A DNA stretch of 64,000 nt, taken from NCBI GenBank assembly GCA_964057225.1, contig OZ059896.1, positions 17,422,001-17,486,000 on the forward strand, read 5' to 3'. Below, in pieces: positions 58,835 to 64,000 of this stretch. Source of the DNA: Auanema rhodensis. Taxonomy: Eukaryota > Animalia > Nematoda. The notes beneath the pieces were generated by a model. The model ran no database searches and had not been told where the DNA came from. It was given only the letters and a program-made list of their open reading frames with translations. The number at the start of each line of letters is the position of its first letter. Positions within the stretch are counted from its first letter, which is position 1. The translations under genes and the position numbers were made by a program.

Positions 58835-59402
58835 TTATTTAGCTTCAACCTCGATTGCTCGAAATAATATAAAAGCCATGGCACCAATTCGAAAATAAAT
58901 GAAACTGAATAATAATTGGTTCTAAAAACGTTGCGTATGTTTTTGATTACCTGTCTGGTTCAAATGTAACATAAGATCCGAAATGCTTTCCGCATACACA
59001 CTGCCACGCTTTGCCATAAATACGATCGAAAGTCTCTTTCATGAATTGTGCAATTAGTTTTTCAGTCTCGAAACTCTGCAAATAAAATGTTGTTCTTAAG
59101 TTCTCAGCTATAAGAAAGCTATAAAAGCTTAACATACTTCCATAGCTCGTACAGCAGTATCACAAGCTACCTGCTCCATTTCTGTCGACATAATACTATA
59201 ATATACATCTGCAACTATATGGGAACTACCAGTACGTAGTCGTTCAACTTCTATTCTGAATAATATAATTTTATAAACTATAGGTTGTGATGGTACTGTA
59301 CTCTAATGACTTTCGGTTACATAGAACAATTTCTTTTGCTAGCTTCTTCTTTTTGGAAGAGTTTGATCTAGTGCATGTAGATGACGTGGTAGTGGTAGTC
59401 AT
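58835..59402 (-). CDS. Dynein light chain LC8-family protein with N-terminal extension
   Basis: MSTEME...EKLIAQFMKETFDRIYGKAWQCVCGKHFGSYVT...FIYFRIGAMAFILFR. Confidence 0.87.
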
Positions 59403-60717
59403 ATTGGAATTGTGAACAAAACTTTGTTAAATGAGAAAATTATCCTGAAAATTATTAATAAGCCAAATATCGTAACTACAATATGTACAAGAATATCTTT
59501 GAAAGCAAGAAATTCAAAAATTCTTGTAAACTCGATTTTTCTTCAGAAGAAATGGGCTGATGCGCTTTCGGGAAAGCTGCTCGAATAGCGTTATCACACC
59601 ACAAAAAAACTTTGTAGAAATGTTTACTAAATGACGTGGAGGTACATGATATGAATTTCAGAAAAAAAATTAAAAGTAAGAGAAGAGGAAGCGTAAGACA
59701 GGCATAAGAGAGCATTACAGTACATTCTAAAATTGACAGTGAACTTTAGGCTAGCAGGTATAGAGTGGGCTGATAGTTAGAGAACAATAGAAAGTGAAGT
59801 AAAGAAGCCCAATGTGTGAAAAGATTATAGAAGCTAAAGTATGTGAGTAAGAAGGAGCAAAGAAGAGATAAAAAGTTAAATGTATTTAGGAAGATAAAGA
59901 GGGATATACAGTAAGAATGAAATAAAAATAGTGACTGGAAAAAGAGAGAGAGAGAGAGAGATAAAGAGAGAAAATACGAGATGTATTTAGTATCTGCAGA
60001 CACAATGCACAAATCATATTGTTCTTGTGAAGAGGTACTAACATGAGGATCGCGAAACAATCCTCAAGATGTTATGCTGCAGTTTAGCAAAGAGACATGA
60101 TGATGATATGACAAGGTTTTTGAGTCATTGAGCCATTGAGCCATGAGCGGATATTCGTATTTCATAGATCCAAAGATCAACATTAAGTCTTGATTTGATC
60201 AGATGGAAAAAAAGTTCAAGAAGGTAAAATGAACCGAGTTTCATATCTTAAAACATCTGTTTCAATAACAATTTTATGAGTTATTACTGTATAAATATAA
60301 AAGTTTAGTTACTCTCATGAAGGTTCGATTCAGAACTTTTATAATTTATAGTAAAATATGTAAGCTAAAAGGAAAACAAACTACAAACACATGTTCATAA
60401 CAGTTTCTGGCTGAACCATCACATGCCAAAAAATTAACAATGAGCAATGGTTTAAAACTGATCATAGTATCCTTTGTTTTCCGATCAGCAATTTATTGAT
60501 ACTTTGGTCTTAAAACAAATAAATGAAGATGATGCCCCCGTAGGTGGTGTCAAGTACTATTTGGAGAAGCGAATTTTGTAAAAATGTTCAGTTTTTTGGC
60601 TTGTAATGTGTGTTTAAGAGCAAAAAAAGAAAGAAAAGACAACACTTTGAGATGATGCATTCTTTATTTGAAATAAAACGCAACGAATTAACATCGTCGA
60701 CGATGTAGAAACACTGT

Positions 60718-61703
60718 TTAACGTCTTCTGGTTCCATCCTCGAAGAAGACTCCTCCGTCGATAGCGCAGTACTTGGGGCAGATACCCTTCTCTCCAGCTC
60801 CTCCAGCCTTTCCTGGCTGTCCTGGAGGTCCTGGGTTTCCGTCGGATCCAGCTCCTCCTGGTGGTCCTGGTGGTCCTGGTGGTCCAGCTGGTCCTGGCCC
60901 TCCGCTTCCAGAGCTTCCGTCTTGTCCTGGTGGTCCAGCTGGTCCTGGTGGTCCTGGTGGTCCTGGCTCTCCTGGTCCTCCTTGCTCGGAAGCTCCAGCT
61001 TCTCCTGGGGCTCCGGCGTCTCCTGGGGCTCCGTCGTTTCCTGCTGGTCCTGGTGGTCCTGGTGGTCCTGGTGGTCCTGGTGGAGAAGATCCTCCTGGAG
61101 TTCCTGGTTGTCCGTCAGGTCCTGGGTTTCCTGGAGTTCCAGCTGGTCCTGGTGGTCCTGGTGGTCCTTGTGGGCATGGTTGGCATGGTGGTGGAGTAGT
61201 TGGCTCACATGGAGCAGAACCTCCCTTTCCTGGGTTTCCTGGCATTCCTGGAGCTCCTGGCTTTCCTGGCTTTCCTGGCTTTCCTGGAGTTCCAGCTGGT
61301 CCTGGAGGACCTGGTTGGCAGCATCCTTCGCAGGATCCACCTGAGGCTCCTCCTGCTCCTCCGGCACCAGCGGCTCCTCCTCCACCGACAGCGGCAGCAC
61401 CTCCAGTGCTGTAAGCCTGACGGGCGGTACGGTTGGCGACTGGAACATCTTTAAGGCTGTGGACTTCAGTCCAGATATCCTTAGCAGATCCCTAAACATC
61501 AAGAAGTTGAATAATACGGTAAGAGAAGAAGAGATAAGTACCTTGCAGAAGTTTACTTCATTGTGGACTTGCTTCTTGATATGGTGCACATAGTTGTATA
61601 CCATAGGAAGAGTAACGAAGACCGAAACTACGGCAACAACAGAAAATGTGACGGCAGAATATGCCACAAAGCGATATGCTTTAATTCGAGCGTCGAGATC
61701 CAT
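60718..61703 (-). CDS. Cuticle collagen (col-3/dpy-13-like class)
   Basis: [18 protein letters not shown], one intron (~61493-61541), RTAR site, CEGCC, Gly-[22 protein letters not shown]. Confidence 0.97.
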
Positions 61704-64000
61704 TACCTAGAATGTGTGAGAGTAGGATGTTGAATGAAAACAAATGAAAAAAGATTTGAATACTAGACATTTCTTTATAAAAAACCACTAACTATGTGTA
61801 TATATATAGATATATAAATAAATAAGTTAATTAATTTTAATTGCGAAAGAGAAGATGAAGGATGAAGAAGATGCCCACTGAAGCTAATGTTCGCCTTAAA
61901 TATGCACCCTTTTCGACGGGTTCTGTGGTTACGAGGTATAGCCTGTTTACCACACTGTGATGCTACCAGTTTACATCTATCTCATTGCTTGCTTGCTATT
62001 TGTTGTCCAATTATTGGGAGAAGAAAGACAACATGCTAAGCCAATTGATAGCCAATCAGCTATCTGGTCGAGACGGTCACACATACCCGCAGAAGTTATT
62101 CCTTATACGCACACATACAGAGACAAGCAATAGGTCTTTATACATGACATGGAATAGCTGATAAACACTTTAAATTAGTTTTCACTGGTCCTGTTAAACC
62201 GTTACACATCTCGGTGAGGAAACGACGAACAGTAAACTATATATCAGAAGGATAAAATGCCGGTAAACGCTTGCTCATAATCACTTATACAAAGATTTGT
62301 TGAAGTTGTAACATATACTTTTCTTGTATTTTCATCTCATGTCTTAACTGTCATATTCGCATCTCTTACTAGCAAACTTATCTCTCAACCGGCTACACTC
62401 TCAAGATTGGCTTTTCTTTTCTTTTAATATTTGAAATAAGACTTAGAAGTTTCAGAAGCGTAAAGCAGTATGTGCGACAAGTGGATAAAGTCTGATGCTT
62501 CACATACCGAACATTTTTAGAAACTTAATCATAAAGCTGTAAAAAAAATAAAATATTTTAAAAGAATAAAATAACAAATTCTTCAAACTTTAAAAACTGA
62601 ATTCTATGAAATATAATGAATTTTTAAATAAAAATATTTTTATATTATAAGAAGCAATCACTTTAATAATTAAAATTTTAATCAATCACGTTGTTATTTG
62701 AAGTTACCATGTTTAAGATAAACAATTCATCTTCACATATATGCTTCCGATTAGTATATTCATTTAAGTCTTAGTTATATTACTATAAATAAAATCTTGT
62801 TTTGAGACAAGGATGAGTAGGATGTTCTACAAGTTTTGCATGGAAAAGGTTTAAGAGAAAACTTAAGTGTTCTCGGATCAGTATATTTGACCTTATTATG
62901 AGTAGTGGATATTGAGACAATACCGGTTTACTTGATCACATGTAATTGAAAGACTAGTTCAATAATTTTATCAAAATCATTGATGTTTGATTAATCGAAA
63001 AAAAAACAAAAAAACCTTTAAATGTTTTCAGGAATGATTATACGAGAAAAGGTTGCATACAGGAAAAGCTTAAACAAAAATGAAGACCATTTTTGAAGTA
63101 TCAAGTTTATTCGATGTTTTTATTTAATAAATTCTTTTATATATCTTAAAGAAATTATTTTGAAGTCGCTACTTTTCGTTTCGGGGTTAATAAATAATTA
63201 TTTTATTTCAAATATGAATATGATTATAGACTCTCCGCAACTTGTTTCTCAAACTAACTGTTTCTCTTACTTTCTTTCCTTCTTTGGTCAATTTTTGTCT
63301 TATTAGAACATAAAAATTATATTTGATAGACTTTTTTTACAAAAGAAATGACCTTTTCTACATTTCACTTAAATTAAATTTATATTCAAATCCATTTGTT
63401 CCATTCATAATTCGTAAAACTCAACAAGTTTTGGTAATAAAAAACGAAATTTTACAAGTACTTTCATCGATTCATATCCCATAGTATCACTTTCATCTTC
63501 CTTATGTTTATAGTTATAAATATAGATTTTTATATTAAAGCATAAAGAAGAAAATAATTGAGAAAAAATATCGGCGGATTAGTTGTTGGTTGAGTAACTC
63601 CGCCCCAAATTCGGACATAACCAATTGCTGTTTCTCGCTCATTTCTCTTCGATAGTAGTTTCTTCATTTTCAGACAGTTGTGTCCAACTTTCTACTCACT
63701 TACTACTTTTCTTCATCAGTTAATTCTCTTTCAATTTCGTCCATTGCTTCATCACAACACAATAACATTACTTTAGAGTTGAAGATCAAAAAAGTAAGAG
63801 GAAGGGGAATCTAGGTGGTTGTCTCTTTCTCTCTCTCTCTCTTTATCGTCCATACAGAGGCATATTGTTGGATACTTCCTCTTATTCTACGACATTTATT
63901 TCTAAATAAACAAGTGCACAACCATGTCAATTGCCTCATCTATCTCAGCAGCATTTTGGATGCTCAGCATTGTAGGCATTTTGCTTTATTTAACAGCTTT

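Noticed and set aside
60588-61454. 371-aa ORF and antisense ORFs over collagen 2
   Set aside because: Read-through of a stop-free intron into the wrong frame, plus collagen shadow frames
63570-64000. Small hairpin (63573-63604) and short acidic minus-strand ORF near the window end
   Set aside because: Too short, no identifiable domain; context truncated by the window edge

Overview
AT-rich, gene-dense genomic DNA from a rhabditid nematode, with very short (~40-55 nt) spliceosomal introns, so most ORF-track entries are exon fragments. I reconstructed about 25 spliced genes by hand: npp-8/Nup155 (3' part), ced-2, CCDC137-like, a nuclear hormone receptor, two cuticle collagens, ASNSD1-like, mon-2, ST7-like, ubc-9, a WCPPC thioredoxin, two serpentine chemoreceptors, a Cys-rich surface protein, map-2, mel-46, Bora/spat-1, Trm112, elo-2, a small secreted protein, TMEM115, V-ATPase subunits A, C and c, mig-32, cpsf-4, a ttr gene, an SDR and a dynein light chain. 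Several are spaced like operons. The most interesting unexplained signals: (1) a ~400-nt multi-hairpin + strand element upstream of elo-2 (40679-41078) that I could not assign to a known ncRNA class; (2) an atypical V-ATPase A gene with weak codon bias, an intron lacking an AG acceptor and an acceptor buried in a perfect hairpin; (3) operon junctions with AAUAAA right beside the next gene's acceptor; (4) an SRE/DR1/GATA module at elo-2. Gene identities rest on recognising motifs from memory, not database searches, and all folding was done by eye.
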